Shown here: positions 9,602 through 19,665 of the stretch, in pieces | How positions within the stretch are numbered: position 1 is the stretch's first letter | Layout: each line of letters opens with the position of its first letter | Virus record (IMG/VR): IMGVR_UViG_3300027749_000047 | Span: 1-64,000 of that record | DNA: 64,000 bases | Direction: 5' to 3' (one strand) | Origin: a virus | The notes under the pieces: model-generated | Told to the model about the DNA's origin: nothing | The model's database searches: none | What the model saw: only the letters and a program-made list of their open reading frames with translations | Program-made: the position numbers and the translations under genes

Positions 9602-12498
9602 AACGGCCTCAAGCAAATATTGTTTCTTTAACTGAATCTGGTTATTGGCGTGTAATTGTTGACCCTGTTCCGCAAACTGGTGGTAATAAAAGTAAAAAAG
9701 ACGTAACTGTTTTTCGTGGTGGCGCCACTATGGTTTCTAGTCTTTCAACTACAGATCCTTTTGGCCCAGCTACAGCAACTATCTCTTTTCCAGCCATTAC
9801 AGTTTTTGATGCTTTGGGTACGGGTGATTTAGATTGGTGTGTTCCCGAAGCAAATGTTGACATTATGTGGATGTCTTCGCAGGTTGATGCTTCTTCGGCG
9901 ACAGTTTGGGAACCTTCTACAGCGTATTTAACTAATCAGTTTGTTATTTATAATGGCTTAAATTATAAGGCTTTAACAAACATTGATGCTTATGTTTACA
10001 GTGTTTGGAATCGCTTTGATGATTTTGTTGTTGGTGACATTGTTATTGATAATGGGATTTATTATAAATGCATATTAAATCGCGCACACACTACTAATAC
10101 TCCTCATCCTGTAGCAGATAAAACCCACTGGCAAGTTATTAATGTTACGCCAGATAAAGCTACGGATAAGTGGCTTTATTTTGAGGCTGCCGGTAAACCG
10201 TTGTATACGTGGGAAGGGTATTTTCTTGCTTTTGAGTTTGGCGAAGATGATGCTGGTGGTACTTTAACTATTACGTGTAATGGTGCTATGCGCCAAATGG
10301 ATAACTTTTTGGCAAAGCCAGAGTATTTAACGCATCCTATTTCTTACGAAAACGCTATTGCTAGGCAATTTGATTCAACGTTACATCCGTCTATTCGCCT
10401 TAAAAATATTAAACCTTTATCAGATACGCTTAATCAACTTGATTGGTGGGAAACCATTTACAGTGTTTCTGATTACAAAGATTTGTCTAATTTTTATCGC
10501 CCAGTAAATATTAAAGATAAGACTCGATGGACTGGTCTTTTAACACGCTCTACAGGTAATTTTGAACCTGTTTTAACTACCTACGTTCAAGGTTTACTTT
10601 CAACTATGCAAACTACAAGAGGTAGTTTTACAGTGTTGCTTGGTACTGATCGTAGACCTTATTTTAAGCATCGTGAGCGTTTACATGCACCAGCAAATGA
10701 AACACTTGTTGTTGATTTATTGTGGCCAGGCGTTCAAGTTTCTATTTCTCAAGATTATTCACAAAGACTAAATGTTGTGTATGGTAATGGCCAGTCTTTG
10801 TCTGGGTATTCATATTCAAATATTAAAGTATCTGCTGATGGTTCTACAACTTATTATGAGCCTTTTGCAGCTCGTCCACAGGTTTATCCTGCTTTAGATA
10901 CTAATGTTAATTGGGATCCTAACAAAATGGCTAAAGAGGTTTCTTTGCAGTTTTATAGTGGCTTGGATACTGATGAAGCTACTGCTGTGGCTAGAAAACA
11001 TTTAGAGATGTTTACCGAACCAGGTGTTACTGGTACTTTGACGCTTAAAACCGACCCTTTAGTTAATGGTGTTCTTTTACCGCGACAAACAATTGTTGCT
11101 GGTATGTCATTGCAATTATTGGGGTTATTTGGTGACCCTAATGGTATGGTTTTTCATATTACTGAAACTTCATATTCTGAAGATAATACTGTTTCTATTA
11201 CTTTTGATTCTAAATTCCGTGACCAGTTAACTGTTCAAGAGATTCGTAAGCGTGGTCGTGATTCTATGGTTGTTAATCGTGTTTTGGGTGTTGGTCGCTA
11301 CGCGCCTAGTATCCCAGATTTGCTGTTTCCATGGACTTATGAAAAGCCTGTCTATTCTGGGTTTGTTCCACAAGCCTCTGGCGCTATGTGGAGCAATGCA
11401 GTTACTTATGGCAATATTCCTAATAATATTGCTTATCCTTGGACTAAATTAACTACTGCATATCCACCTAGCCAATCTGGGCATGAAAATATGTATGCCA
11501 AAATTGATGGGCCTTCCAGTATTAATAATGCTGACGCTAACTGGTCTGACCCTGTTGTGGTTAATTTGGCTGTTACTGGTCAGGTTATTGCGTCCCAGTT
11601 TGTGGCATTAAAAGCTGATGGGTCTATTTATAAAGTTCCGTTCCATGTATCTATTTGGTATCAAAACGTTGACGTACTAACAGGTATGCCTATTTTGCCA
11701 ACTGCTAGCGGTGCTGATACTTTTTCTACAACTATCACAGATCACGCTTTAGTTACCAGCACTGCTACTGCTTCTGGCGGTGCGTATACTTTAACGTTTG
11801 TTACTCCTAGTGCTCATGGCTTAAAGGTTGGAGATAATGTTATTGTTATGCCTGACCCAGCACCAACTATTGATGGCTTATTAACTCCTACTTATTATAT
11901 TGTTGATACTGTTGTGGGCACTAAAACGTTTACTGTTCACATAAGTACATCTGCTATTACGTTGGCTGAAGCAAAGACATTAAAAAAGGGTGAGGCAACT
12001 TATGCTAAGCAGTTTGTTGGTTTGGCTAAGTATGTTGTTGGTAAAAAAGACTCGGTAACTGGCTTGTCTTATCAACCTGGTCAATATTATCCATTTTTTG
12101 AAGGTGCTTGGGAAAATAATAGGCCAGACGGTACTGTTATTCAAGATCCTAATGTGGTGGCTAAAAGTCCACCTATTGCGGCTTGGGGTACTTATTATCA
12201 AAAAGCTGGGTATTGGCCTGCTTCTTCGCCTAGCCCTGAACGTAAAGATGCTACGGTTCCTACTGGTAAGTTTTGGGATGAAACTCCTTTTAGTTTTGAT
12301 TTTAAGGGTACTTCGATTGTTAATGTTAGCCAGTATGAGGCTTTTAATCCTAAATTGCCTGATGCTGCGCGTGTAGCTGCTTATGTAATGTTTTATTGCG
12401 ATGAGGAGTGGAGCGATTCGCAAGGTAAACTTATTCCTAGGACTGAGGATGTTTATTTCTTGGGCCGTTTGTATCATCAGCCACCGACGGGACAGTAA
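9598..12498 (+). CDS. Large minor tail/baseplate hub protein with carbohydrate-binding-like repeats
   Basis: 966 aa; two short W..AY...V.YNG..YKA-type modules near the N-terminus resembling CBM5/12; tail operon context. Confidence 0.65.
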   Translation: MKRPQANIVSLTESGYWRVIVDPVPQTGGNKSKKDVTVFRGGATMVSSLSTTDPFGPATATISFPAITVFDALGTGDLDWCVPEANVDIMWMSSQVDASSATVWEPSTAYLTNQFVIYNGLNYKALTNIDAYVYSVWNRFDDFVVGDIVIDNGIYYKCILNRAHTTNTPHPVADKTHWQVINVTPDKATDKWLYFEAAGKPLYTWEGYFLAFEFGEDDAGGTLTITCNGAMRQMDNFLAKPEYLTHPISYENAIARQFDSTLHPSIRLKNIKPLSDTLNQLDWWETIYSVSDYKDLSNFYRPVNIKDKTRWTGLLTRSTGNFEPVLTTYVQGLLSTMQTTRGSFTVLLGTDRRPYFKHRERLHAPANETLVVDLLWPGVQVSISQDYSQRLNVVYGNGQSLSGYSYSNIKVSADGSTTYYEPFAARPQVYPALDTNVNWDPNKMAKEVSLQFYSGLDTDEATAVARKHLEMFTEPGVTGTLTLKTDPLVNGVLLPRQTIVAGMSLQLLGLFGDPNGMVFHITETSYSEDNTVSITFDSKFRDQLTVQEIRKRGRDSMVVNRVLGVGRYAPSIPDLLFPWTYEKPVYSGFVPQASGAMWSNAVTYGNIPNNIAYPWTKLTTAYPPSQSGHENMYAKIDGPSSINNADANWSDPVVVNLAVTGQVIASQFVALKADGSIYKVPFHVSIWYQNVDVLTGMPILPTASGADTFSTTITDHALVTSTATASGGAYTLTFVTPSAHGLKVGDNVIVMPDPAPTIDGLLTPTYYIVDTVVGTKTFTVHISTSAITLAEAKTLKKGEATYAKQFVGLAKYVVGKKDSVTGLSYQPGQYYPFFEGAWENNRPDGTVIQDPNVVAKSPPIAAWGTYYQKAGYWPASSPSPERKDATVPTGKFWDETPFSFDFKGTSIVNVSQYEAFNPKLPDAARVAAYVMFYCDEEWSDSQGKLIPRTEDVYFLGRLYHQPPTGQ

Positions 12499-12962
12499 TG
12501 TTAGGTATTGCTACTAACGAGACTTTTAATCGTTTTATTAACTTGATTAAGTCAGATACTTGCTATTTGTCGTTACATTACGATTATCCTTCTAATGTTG
12601 ATCCTACGGCTACTGAGATTATTTCGGGTGGTTATAAACGCCAACTTATTACTTGGTCTTCTTCTGCTACATCTTTGGTTAATTCCAATACTTTAACTTT
12701 TACTGGTTTAACGTCTTGCACTATTAAGTATGTTGGCGTTTTTGATGCTTTAAATAAAGGCTATTTATTATTTAAGATTCCTTTGGATAGCCCTATTGTT
12801 ATCATTAACTCTGATAATTATGTAATTAATGCTAATGATTTGTTTATTGCTTTTGGGTCTTCTGGGCAATTTACAAGCGCTGCTTTATCTAATGTTTACG
12901 GTGGAGCGCCTACTTCTACTTATGATGATTTCCAATATATTGATGCCGGAAATGTGTTCTAG
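12498..12962 (+). CDS. Minor tail protein
   Basis: YLSLH..P....EI..GGYKRQ.ITW pattern; paralogue of 7867..8280. Confidence 0.65.
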   Translation: MLGIATNETFNRFINLIKSDTCYLSLHYDYPSNVDPTATEIISGGYKRQLITWSSSATSLVNSNTLTFTGLTSCTIKYVGVFDALNKGYLLFKIPLDSPIVIINSDNYVINANDLFIAFGSSGQFTSAALSNVYGGAPTSTYDDFQYIDAGNVF

Positions 12963-12993
12963 TAGACTATGATTATGGTTTTGAGGAGTTTAG

Positions 12994-14199
12994 GTGGCAA
13001 CTAAGATACAGGTCCGGCGTGGTTCTTCTTCGGAATGGTCTACAGCCAATCCCGTTTTGGCTACAGGTGAAATTGGGTATGACACTACTGCTAATAAATT
13101 TAAAATTGGTGATGGCGTAAAAACTTGGAGCCTTCTTAGTTACACAGATGGTACAGTTAATAACGGTTATGCTTTTCCTTCAAAAGTAACACTGCCAGCA
13201 TCTACTACTTCTTCAGCCAGTTTAAATGTAATTAATGGTACTGCACCCACTAGTCCTGTTACTGGTGATTTGTGGGCATCCAGTGGATCGCTTTTGTATC
13301 AATCAAGTATTGGCTTATCTACAATTGCGTATTTAAGTAGCAATATTAGCGGAACTGCTGTAGGTATTTCGGGTACACAAACACAAAAATTTGTTTATGC
13401 TGCGCCAAATGCCTCAAATGGTGTTGCATCATTTAGAGCTTTGTTGGCGTCTGACATTCCAAGGTTAGACCAAGATACTACTGGATCAGCTGGTAACTTG
13501 TCTGGCACTCAGACTCAAAAGTTTGTATACGCTGCACCAAATGCAGCCGATGGCACTGCCTCATTCCGCGCACTTGTTGCCTCAGACATTCCAACCTTGA
13601 ACCAGAACACAACTGGCACTGCTGCAGGTATTACTGGGTCTTTGTATTACGCAAACAATGGCGATTTTACAATGACAGAATCAGGACAAACAGCAGGTGT
13701 TGTTACTAGCACTAATGCGGCAGTTAAATATTTTGGTGTTGGTGCTAATCTTGCGGCTAATACTACTTACGAAATAGATATTTATTTGCCTTTAGTATTT
13801 ACAACAACAGCAGGTTTACAGCCAAGGTTAAATACATCTCATACAAATAGTTTAACGCTTTATTCTGGTAGTTATACAATAACTTCAGATTATGTTTCTA
13901 CTTCTGCTAGCGAAACAACTATGAGCGCTAATACAAGAGCAGTGCGTTATTACTCTAATACTACAAATATCAGCACCAGCACTATGTCTGTAGCTGCACT
14001 ATCTACTAGTACTTTTTATTCTTTTAAGATTTACATAAAAGGCATTATAAGAACAAATGCCGCGGGCACTTGGAATGTATTTTATAACCCTTCTACTGGT
14101 ACAACAACGGGAACCACACTACGCGATGGAGCGTACATGAAATTTAATCCAGTTACTACAGGCACAGCATCTCCTACAAGTATTGGGTCGTTTTCATAA
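12994..14199 (+). CDS. Tail fibre/receptor-binding protein with Mtd-N-like N-terminus
   Basis: MATKIQVRRG...EW..ANPVLA.GEIGYDT...KFKIGDG.KTW..LSY is the Mtd-N/hyaluronidase-like anchor; T/S-rich body. Confidence 0.8.
   Translation: MATKIQVRRGSSSEWSTANPVLATGEIGYDTTANKFKIGDGVKTWSLLSYTDGTVNNGYAFPSKVTLPASTTSSASLNVINGTAPTSPVTGDLWASSGSLLYQSSIGLSTIAYLSSNISGTAVGISGTQTQKFVYAAPNASNGVASFRALLASDIPRLDQDTTGSAGNLSGTQTQKFVYAAPNAADGTASFRALVASDIPTLNQNTTGTAAGITGSLYYANNGDFTMTESGQTAGVVTSTNAAVKYFGVGANLAANTTYEIDIYLPLVFTTTAGLQPRLNTSHTNSLTLYSGSYTITSDYVSTSASETTMSANTRAVRYYSNTTNISTSTMSVAALSTSTFYSFKIYIKGIIRTNAAGTWNVFYNPSTGTTTGTTLRDGAYMKFNPVTTGTASPTSIGSFS
13369..13625 (+). repeat. Internal duplication of about 44 aa in the fibre gene
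   Basis: GTQTQKFVYAAPNA..G.ASFRAL.ASDIP.L.Q.TTG occurs twice, 132 nt apart; many differences are synonymous. Confidence 0.9.
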
Positions 14200-14224
14200 T
14201 GATTATTAATTGGAGTACAAATTA

Positions 14225-14572
14225 ATGGCTAATGCACATCCTTACCCTATTGTTATTGATCAAGGTGGTACTTGGTCTCTTAGTTTGACGTACAAAATTA
14301 ACAATGCTTTGGTTAATTTGACTGGTTTTACGGCATCTATGATGGTTCGTACTAATTACACAGATACTACGCCTTTGCTGTCTTTGACTACTTCTAATGG
14401 CGGTATTGCTTTGGGTGGTGCTGCTGGGACTATTGTTATTACTGCTTCAGCGACTCAGACTGCTGCTATTCCGGCAGGTCAGGCTGTTTATGATATTGAA
14501 CTTTATACAGGTAGTGAGGTTCGTAAGCTTCTTAGGGGTTCTGTGACTGTTAATGCTGAGGTTACTCGATGA
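14225..14572 (+). CDS. Fibre adaptor, beta-sandwich (LtfC/BppU-N-like)
   Basis: IDQGGTWSLSLTY...VNLTGFTASM.VR...YDIEL..G..V.KLLRG.V.V; ATG at 14225 after GGAG. Confidence 0.65.
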   Translation: MANAHPYPIVIDQGGTWSLSLTYKINNALVNLTGFTASMMVRTNYTDTTPLLSLTTSNGGIALGGAAGTIVITASATQTAAIPAGQAVYDIELYTGSEVRKLLRGSVTVNAEVTR

Positions 14573-15741
14573 GTGAGATTGTCGAAATAGGCAAAGATAC
14601 GGTCAGTTTGACGGTTGTTGATAACAATGTGTCTCTTAATGTCACAACGTCTCAAATAAGCCTTGAAACGGCTTCTGTGGGCCCGCAGGGCATACCTGGG
14701 GCTAAAGGAGACACTGGTGCTGCAAGTACTGTAGCCGGCCCTACGGGACCTGCTGGTCCTGGTGTAGCTACTGGTGGTACAACAGGTCAAGCTTTGGTCA
14801 AGATTGATGGTACAAACTATAACACTCAATGGACAACTATTGTTAGTGGCGTTTCGAGTGTTGATGCTTTAACTGGCGCTGTAGATTTAACCGGTAAATA
14901 CCTAACTCAGACTAATGCTGCGTCTACTTATGAGCCTAAGATCACTGCTGGGACCACAGCACAGTATTGGCGTGGAGATAAGACGTGGCAAACTTTTCCT
15001 ACTATCCCTACCACTACATCTGCATTAACTAATGACTCAGGGTTTATTACTTCTTCAGCTCTATCCCCATATTTAACCTCATCTACGGCATCTAGTACTT
15101 ATGCACCTATAGCTCAAACTATGAATCTTGGAACTACCGCAGTTGCAATTAACCGAGCATCGGCTACAGGTCTTTCTTTGTCTGGTGTCAGTATTGATGG
15201 TAATGCCGGCACTGTAACAAATGGTGTTTATACATCGACAACTTCACTTCCAAATGTAACATCGGTTCGTGGCACAACAATCCCAGCTTCAGCAACTTTG
15301 CTAACAGATGCTAGCACAAGCTCGGCGTTGACTTCTTTTGGATCTAACGCTACTTTAACTGGCAAACTTATTGAAACAATATCAGCATTAACTGGTCCAG
15401 CTACCAATACAACTTTAACATTAGATACTTCCGCAGGAACTACCTTTACAGTAACTTTTGGCGCAGCAAACATTTCTGGGCTTTTATTTACTAATCTTCC
15501 TAGCTCTGGATCTACAACAATTACTCTTATTTTGAAGCAAGATGGCGTTGGCAGTAGGACTATTACTTGGTCTGGTACGCAAGTTAATGCATCTGCAGTA
15601 ACTCCTAAATGGGCTGGTGGTACTGCACCTACTTTATCAACGGCCGCTAACTCTGTTGATATTGTTACTTTGGTTATAAATAGAACTTCTGGCTCTACAG
15701 ATAACATTTATGGATTCCTTGCAGGTAAGGCATTTGCTTAA
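14569..15741 (+). CDS. Tail fibre protein with collagen-like G-X-Y stretch
   Basis: GPQGIPGAKGDTG...GPTGPAGPG; C-terminal WAGGTAPTLSTAANSVDI domain. Confidence 0.75.
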   Translation: MSEIVEIGKDTVSLTVVDNNVSLNVTTSQISLETASVGPQGIPGAKGDTGAASTVAGPTGPAGPGVATGGTTGQALVKIDGTNYNTQWTTIVSGVSSVDALTGAVDLTGKYLTQTNAASTYEPKITAGTTAQYWRGDKTWQTFPTIPTTTSALTNDSGFITSSALSPYLTSSTASSTYAPIAQTMNLGTTAVAINRASATGLSLSGVSIDGNAGTVTNGVYTSTTSLPNVTSVRGTTIPASATLLTDASTSSALTSFGSNATLTGKLIETISALTGPATNTTLTLDTSAGTTFTVTFGAANISGLLFTNLPSSGSTTITLILKQDGVGSRTITWSGTQVNASAVTPKWAGGTAPTLSTAANSVDIVTLVINRTSGSTDNIYGFLAGKAFA

Positions 15742-16592
15742 TGTCTAGACGATTAATTAATACAATTCCAGCCACAACTACTCAATATGCAGTCCTAAGC
15801 ACTGTTGGTTCTGGTACATGGACAGTACCTTCTACTCTTTCTGGCAATCTTGAAGTATATGTTATTGCTGGCGGCGGAAGAGGAGGTTACGCATACCTTA
15901 GAACTACACCAAGTTCTACCGCTGAAAGATTTGTAGGCGCTGGCGGTGGTGCTGGTGGCATTGTTTATCACTCTTCCTATTCTGCTACACCTGGCGGAAC
16001 TATTTCTTACACAGTAGGCGCTGGCGGCGGTACTGGTGCAAAAGGCGGTAACAGTATTTTTGGATCTATAACCGCAAATGGCGGTGGCACTGCAGATTCA
16101 TCTCTTGGCGCTTCAATGAATGGTGGGTCTGGCGCAGGTGGTTACTATGATCTTGCACCTTCTATAGGCACAACTCTTTTTTCACCAGGTACAGCTTCTG
16201 CTGGAACTGGAGGTACTGCTTCTTACGCAAGCGTAGGTGGAACAGCAACAGCAACATCTGGCTCTGGAGCAGGTGGTGGTGGCGCTAGTGCTGCGGGTAC
16301 TGTAAGAAACGGCGGTGCTGGTCTTGCGCTAACTTGGGCTGATACAACTAATACTAATCTTGGTACCTATGCTGGCGGTGGTGGTGCTGGTTCGCCATCT
16401 TCCACTGCCGGAAGCGCAGGAACTGGCGGCACTGGTGGCGGTGGAAACGGGGCGCTGGCGGGAACGGCTGGGTCTGCCGCAACTGCTTACGGTGGCGGTG
16501 GTGGCGGTGCTGGGTTACCAACTACTAACGGCTCAACTTTTGCTGGTGGTAGCGGTTATCAAGGCGTTATTGTTATTAAATATGTGGCTTAA
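15741..16592 (+). CDS. Glycine-rich tail-associated protein
   Basis: VYVIAGGGRGG...GAGGGAGG...GGSGYQGVIVIKY, typical glycine-rich fibre tip domain. Confidence 0.75.
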   Translation: MSRRLINTIPATTTQYAVLSTVGSGTWTVPSTLSGNLEVYVIAGGGRGGYAYLRTTPSSTAERFVGAGGGAGGIVYHSSYSATPGGTISYTVGAGGGTGAKGGNSIFGSITANGGGTADSSLGASMNGGSGAGGYYDLAPSIGTTLFSPGTASAGTGGTASYASVGGTATATSGSGAGGGGASAAGTVRNGGAGLALTWADTTNTNLGTYAGGGGAGSPSSTAGSAGTGGTGGGGNGALAGTAGSAATAYGGGGGGAGLPTTNGSTFAGGSGYQGVIVIKYVA

Positions 16593-16648
16593 TTTTTATT
16601 AAGTTTATGATAGGCTTTTTTTGACCATTTAACCTATAGGAGAAACAC

Positions 16649-16876
16649 ATGGCCACTAGTTACGACAACCTGCTAACACAGGAGCAAAAGAAAGCAATTC
16701 TTGAAAATCGTATTCAACAGTTTGCTGCAGATATTTATCAGACTGAATTGAATCGTGCGATTCATGTTCGTGCTGGTAATGAGGATGCTGTTGCTGGTTC
16801 TGATGAATCAATTGCTTTTTTAAAGACTGCTATTGATGTTCATCAAGAAGAATTGACTAAAACAGAATCTGAGTAA
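16649..16876 (+). CDS. Small helical protein at end of tail operon
   Basis: RBS AGGAG, 75 aa. Confidence 0.65.
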   Translation: MATSYDNLLTQEQKKAILENRIQQFAADIYQTELNRAIHVRAGNEDAVAGSDESIAFLKTAIDVHQEELTKTESE

Positions 16877-16891
16877 CCTGTTTTTGGGCAT

Positions 16892-16945
16892 AAAAAAAAG
16901 ACCAAGTTGGGCACACCCCGAAGGGTGTGCCCAATTGGCTTTTTT
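16892..16945. terminator. Bidirectional intrinsic terminator between convergent arms
   Basis: TTGGGCACACCC-CGAA-GGGTGTGCCCAA perfect 12-bp stem, A-tract left and T-tract right. Confidence 0.9.
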
Positions 16946-17134
16946 GCTAGATGCCATGCTATTACTTACTGTCATCCCGACACGCATGTTATTCGGGGCT
17001 AGGTATAGGTTTGTTAACCTTTTTCCATCTAGCGATTTCCTTAATAAATAGCCAGCCAACCTTATAGCTGCACGGCAAACAGGTTGACGTTCATTTGCCC
17101 TTCATGAGATTCAAGCAAATCAGGCGTGCACTTG

Positions 17135-17479
17135 TTAAGGAATTGTAACTGCAGGTGCAGTCATCTTAGGCGGTAAGCCTAAGTCTTTACCAACAGGATC
17201 ACCAAGATACAAATCGCTTTCTGACATTCTTGGTGGTGTTGGGCGTTGTTGCGGTGCAGGCTGCGGTGCAGTTGCTTTTGCTGGTACTGGAACGGTTAAT
17301 GGTCCAGCACCAATGTGACCTTCAGCAAACCAAATCGCTACTTGCCGTATTGAATCAAATACGGTTAAGACACGAGTGAGGATGCCAGAGAGGTTCCCGA
17401 ATTGGTTGAGGCGGTCAAGGTTTTTTGCTCCGTTGTTCTTTGCCCAGGAGAATCCAAAAATGGAGACTGCTGTCGCCAT
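17135..17479 (-). CDS. Hypothetical protein with hydrophobic N-terminus and Pro-rich tail (overlaps next ORF)
   Basis: Track ORF 17135..17494; overlaps 17365..18345 by over 100 nt, so uncertain. Confidence 0.4.
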   Translation of the reverse strand: MATAVSIFGFSWAKNNGAKNLDRLNQFGNLSGILTRVLTVFDSIRQVAIWFAEGHIGAGPLTVPVPAKATAPQPAPQQRPTPPRMSESDLYLGDPVGKDLGLPPKMTAPAVTIP

Positions 17480-18345
17480 AATAAGTAAGCCCATTCGCTA
17501 CCATCGCTTTCTATGTTGTCGTGTACGGTTTTCCAACCTCTGTAAAAAGCGTCTTGTGCTAATGTCCAGATTTTGGTTGATGTAGAGGATAAGAATTCTT
17601 CGATAACTGGTGGGCTAGCGTAAGCGTCTTCTATCCTTTGTTGAGCGTCTTGCTGCGAACTGCAATTACATTTGTTCCTGTAATCCTTTTCCGATTCACA
17701 TTCGTCATAACACGGTGCACTATCAATACTGCACCAGCATTCGCCAAAACTAAACATTTTTTCTTCTAATTCTTGATTGCAAATTTCTTTTTTAAGAACC
17801 TCAAAATGTTCAGTTTTTAGTGGCATGACTGTCCAAATAGGTACAACACCTAGAATCGAAATGCCTGCATTATTACCAATTTGTATGTAATTTCCATTTA
17901 CATCGTAATCAAATCGTTCAATGTTGGATTCGTATTGTAGGTTGTCTAAAGCCCAGCGGTGTTCAGGCGCTGGGCCGTAGACGTACTGTAAAGCTACGCA
18001 AGGGTAATCAATATCAAACCATTCAACTAATTGCTTATAAGGCTGGTTAGTCTGTGGATCAATAACTGAATGCCATTGCACGGCTGATGGATAAAGGTAC
18101 GGATTATTGTAATGGGTCCACAAGCATGAGTCTGCTTGACGGCCAAGCCATCCAGAGCAACATTCTGAGTCAAAAATTTGACCTACATGAACGCCAACTC
18201 CAGATGCCCCACCGCCAAGCATTGCATACCAATTGGTGCTGTCGTTGGGTAACCATCTTTCATAACCGGTTAACCATTCAGCAATAAAAGGTGAATAAAA
18301 GTCTTCTAATGAAGGCCTTACATCACCTTTCATACCCCAAGGCAT
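17365..18345 (-). CDS. Hypothetical protein, Trp/Cys/Tyr-rich
   Basis: 326-aa ORF starting 2 nt after the stop of the upstream gene; no family recognised. Confidence 0.65.
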   Translation of the reverse strand: MPWGMKGDVRPSLEDFYSPFIAEWLTGYERWLPNDSTNWYAMLGGGASGVGVHVGQIFDSECCSGWLGRQADSCLWTHYNNPYLYPSAVQWHSVIDPQTNQPYKQLVEWFDIDYPCVALQYVYGPAPEHRWALDNLQYESNIERFDYDVNGNYIQIGNNAGISILGVVPIWTVMPLKTEHFEVLKKEICNQELEEKMFSFGECWCSIDSAPCYDECESEKDYRNKCNCSSQQDAQQRIEDAYASPPVIEEFLSSTSTKIWTLAQDAFYRGWKTVHDNIESDGSEWAYLLWRQQSPFLDSPGQRTTEQKTLTASTNSGTSLASSLVS

Positions 18346-18347
18346 AA

Positions 18348-19322
18348 TTACTTACGCTTTTTTGTTTGCGGACGCGCTGGGTAGTTACGCGGACCAGCCT
18401 TAACATTTGGGAAGTCTTTAGCAAGTGATCGCTCAGCCGCTACTAATTCTTCCGCTATAGCTGCGTGTGCAACTAGTTCAGCCTGTTCTGGTGTAACGTC
18501 ACCCTCAACAGATACGGTTGCAATGTTTGCAACAATGTCGATGATAGATGTGCTTGCGGCAATTTTGTCAATGTTTTCACTGATTGCTTCTGCAATGATT
18601 TCGTCACGCTTGTAGAACAATGTAAATGCTGCGCTAAACATTGCAACAGATACGATGAACAATACGGTAGCAACTCCACCTGATAGCGCTGAGGCTAGGA
18701 TGGTGCCAACTACAGGTAGGCTTCCTAAGAATCCAACAATTGCGCCGTTTGTTAGTGCGTTACCGGCTAATCCAGTTCCAACCATTACTGATGTAAAGGT
18801 GGTTGAACGGATTGTGATTGGGTTGTTGAATGCGTGCTTAAAAAGGGTGCCAAGACCTGACAGGTTGCGGTAAGCAAAATTAGCAGCGTCGTAACGAATT
18901 TCTGTGAACTTAGCGTTCGCATCATGCATTAATTCGCCAGTAGGCGTGTGAATGCTTTTGACAAAGCTACTTACAATAGCGCCAATTTTGTCGATGCTGT
19001 TATGCATGACAATGGCTGCTGCTGTAATGGTATTTGTGATAAAGGAGATTGCTGTTCGAACTATCCCTGTTACCGACAAATAGCCTTGCTTAGTTGCCGT
19101 CAAACTAGCGACTAGTGAGCCGCTAACGTTTGCTGGCATTGCTGACCATGCACGTTTTGCAAAGTTTAGACCAGTAATTGTGGCGCCCTTTGCTGTTGTG
19201 CTTAACTTGATTGCTAGTGCCTTTAGGAAGGCAAGTTGGTTAGTCGCTTTGGACTGAACCTTGACTAGGACTGTCTTGTAGTCCAAGCCTGCGCCTGTCG
19301 GCGCTGCTGATGATGCAGACAT
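18348..19322 (-). CDS. Hypothetical membrane protein
   Basis: 324 aa, hydrophobic segments near residues 180-235, RBS-like AAAGGGTG. Confidence 0.7.
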   Translation of the reverse strand: MSASSAAPTGAGLDYKTVLVKVQSKATNQLAFLKALAIKLSTTAKGATITGLNFAKRAWSAMPANVSGSLVASLTATKQGYLSVTGIVRTAISFITNTITAAAIVMHNSIDKIGAIVSSFVKSIHTPTGELMHDANAKFTEIRYDAANFAYRNLSGLGTLFKHAFNNPITIRSTTFTSVMVGTGLAGNALTNGAIVGFLGSLPVVGTILASALSGGVATVLFIVSVAMFSAAFTLFYKRDEIIAEAISENIDKIAASTSIIDIVANIATVSVEGDVTPEQAELVAHAAIAEELVAAERSLAKDFPNVKAGPRNYPARPQTKKRK

Positions 19323-19395
19323 GTCTACACCCTTTCTCTTTGTGTATTCACTTGTAGTGAATAGGGTAGGTACTTCTGTTTCCCTAACTCCCCTG

Positions 19396-19425
19396 GTTAC
19401 TCAGTCGGGGAAGTGACTGAGTAAC
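19396..19425. promoter_or_regulatory. Perfect 11-bp inverted repeat (operator or hairpin)
   Basis: GTTACTCAGTC-8 nt-GACTGAGTAAC just downstream of the HTH gene. Confidence 0.5.
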
Positions 19426-19440
19426 GAGGCAGTCAGTAAA

Positions 19441-19665
19441 CTAAATTACTTCAAGAACAATTAAAAGTTGTTCATAACTGATTCCTAGAACCGTGCACAG
19501 TGGCGGCATCATTTCGATGCTTGGCCTTGTTTCTAGTGTGAAGTAACGGTAAAGGTTTCCTCGGTTAATACCGAGATCTTCTGCTACTTCTTGTAGTGAG
19601 TGGTAGTCGAGCTCTTTCATTCGCTCGCGTAGCCACTTCATTCCGGTGGATTGTTTTTTAGGCAT
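19441..19665 (-). CDS. XRE/Cro-CI family helix-turn-helix regulator
   Basis: SLQEVAEDLGINRGNLYRYFTLETRPSIEMMPPLCTVLG; ATG at 19665 overlaps the upstream gene end. Confidence 0.85.
   Translation of the reverse strand: MPKKQSTGMKWLRERMKELDYHSLQEVAEDLGINRGNLYRYFTLETRPSIEMMPPLCTVLGISYEQLLIVLEVI

Noticed and set aside
12994-14199. Diversity-generating retroelement suggested by the Mtd-N-like domain and internal repeat
   Set aside because: The two copies are in frame within one gene and differ at all base types, largely synonymously, not only at adenines. No reverse transcriptase is present in the window.
16946-17033. Hammerhead ribozyme or tRNA
   Set aside because: No CUGAUGA/GAAA core on either strand, and no T-loop or anticodon arm geometry.
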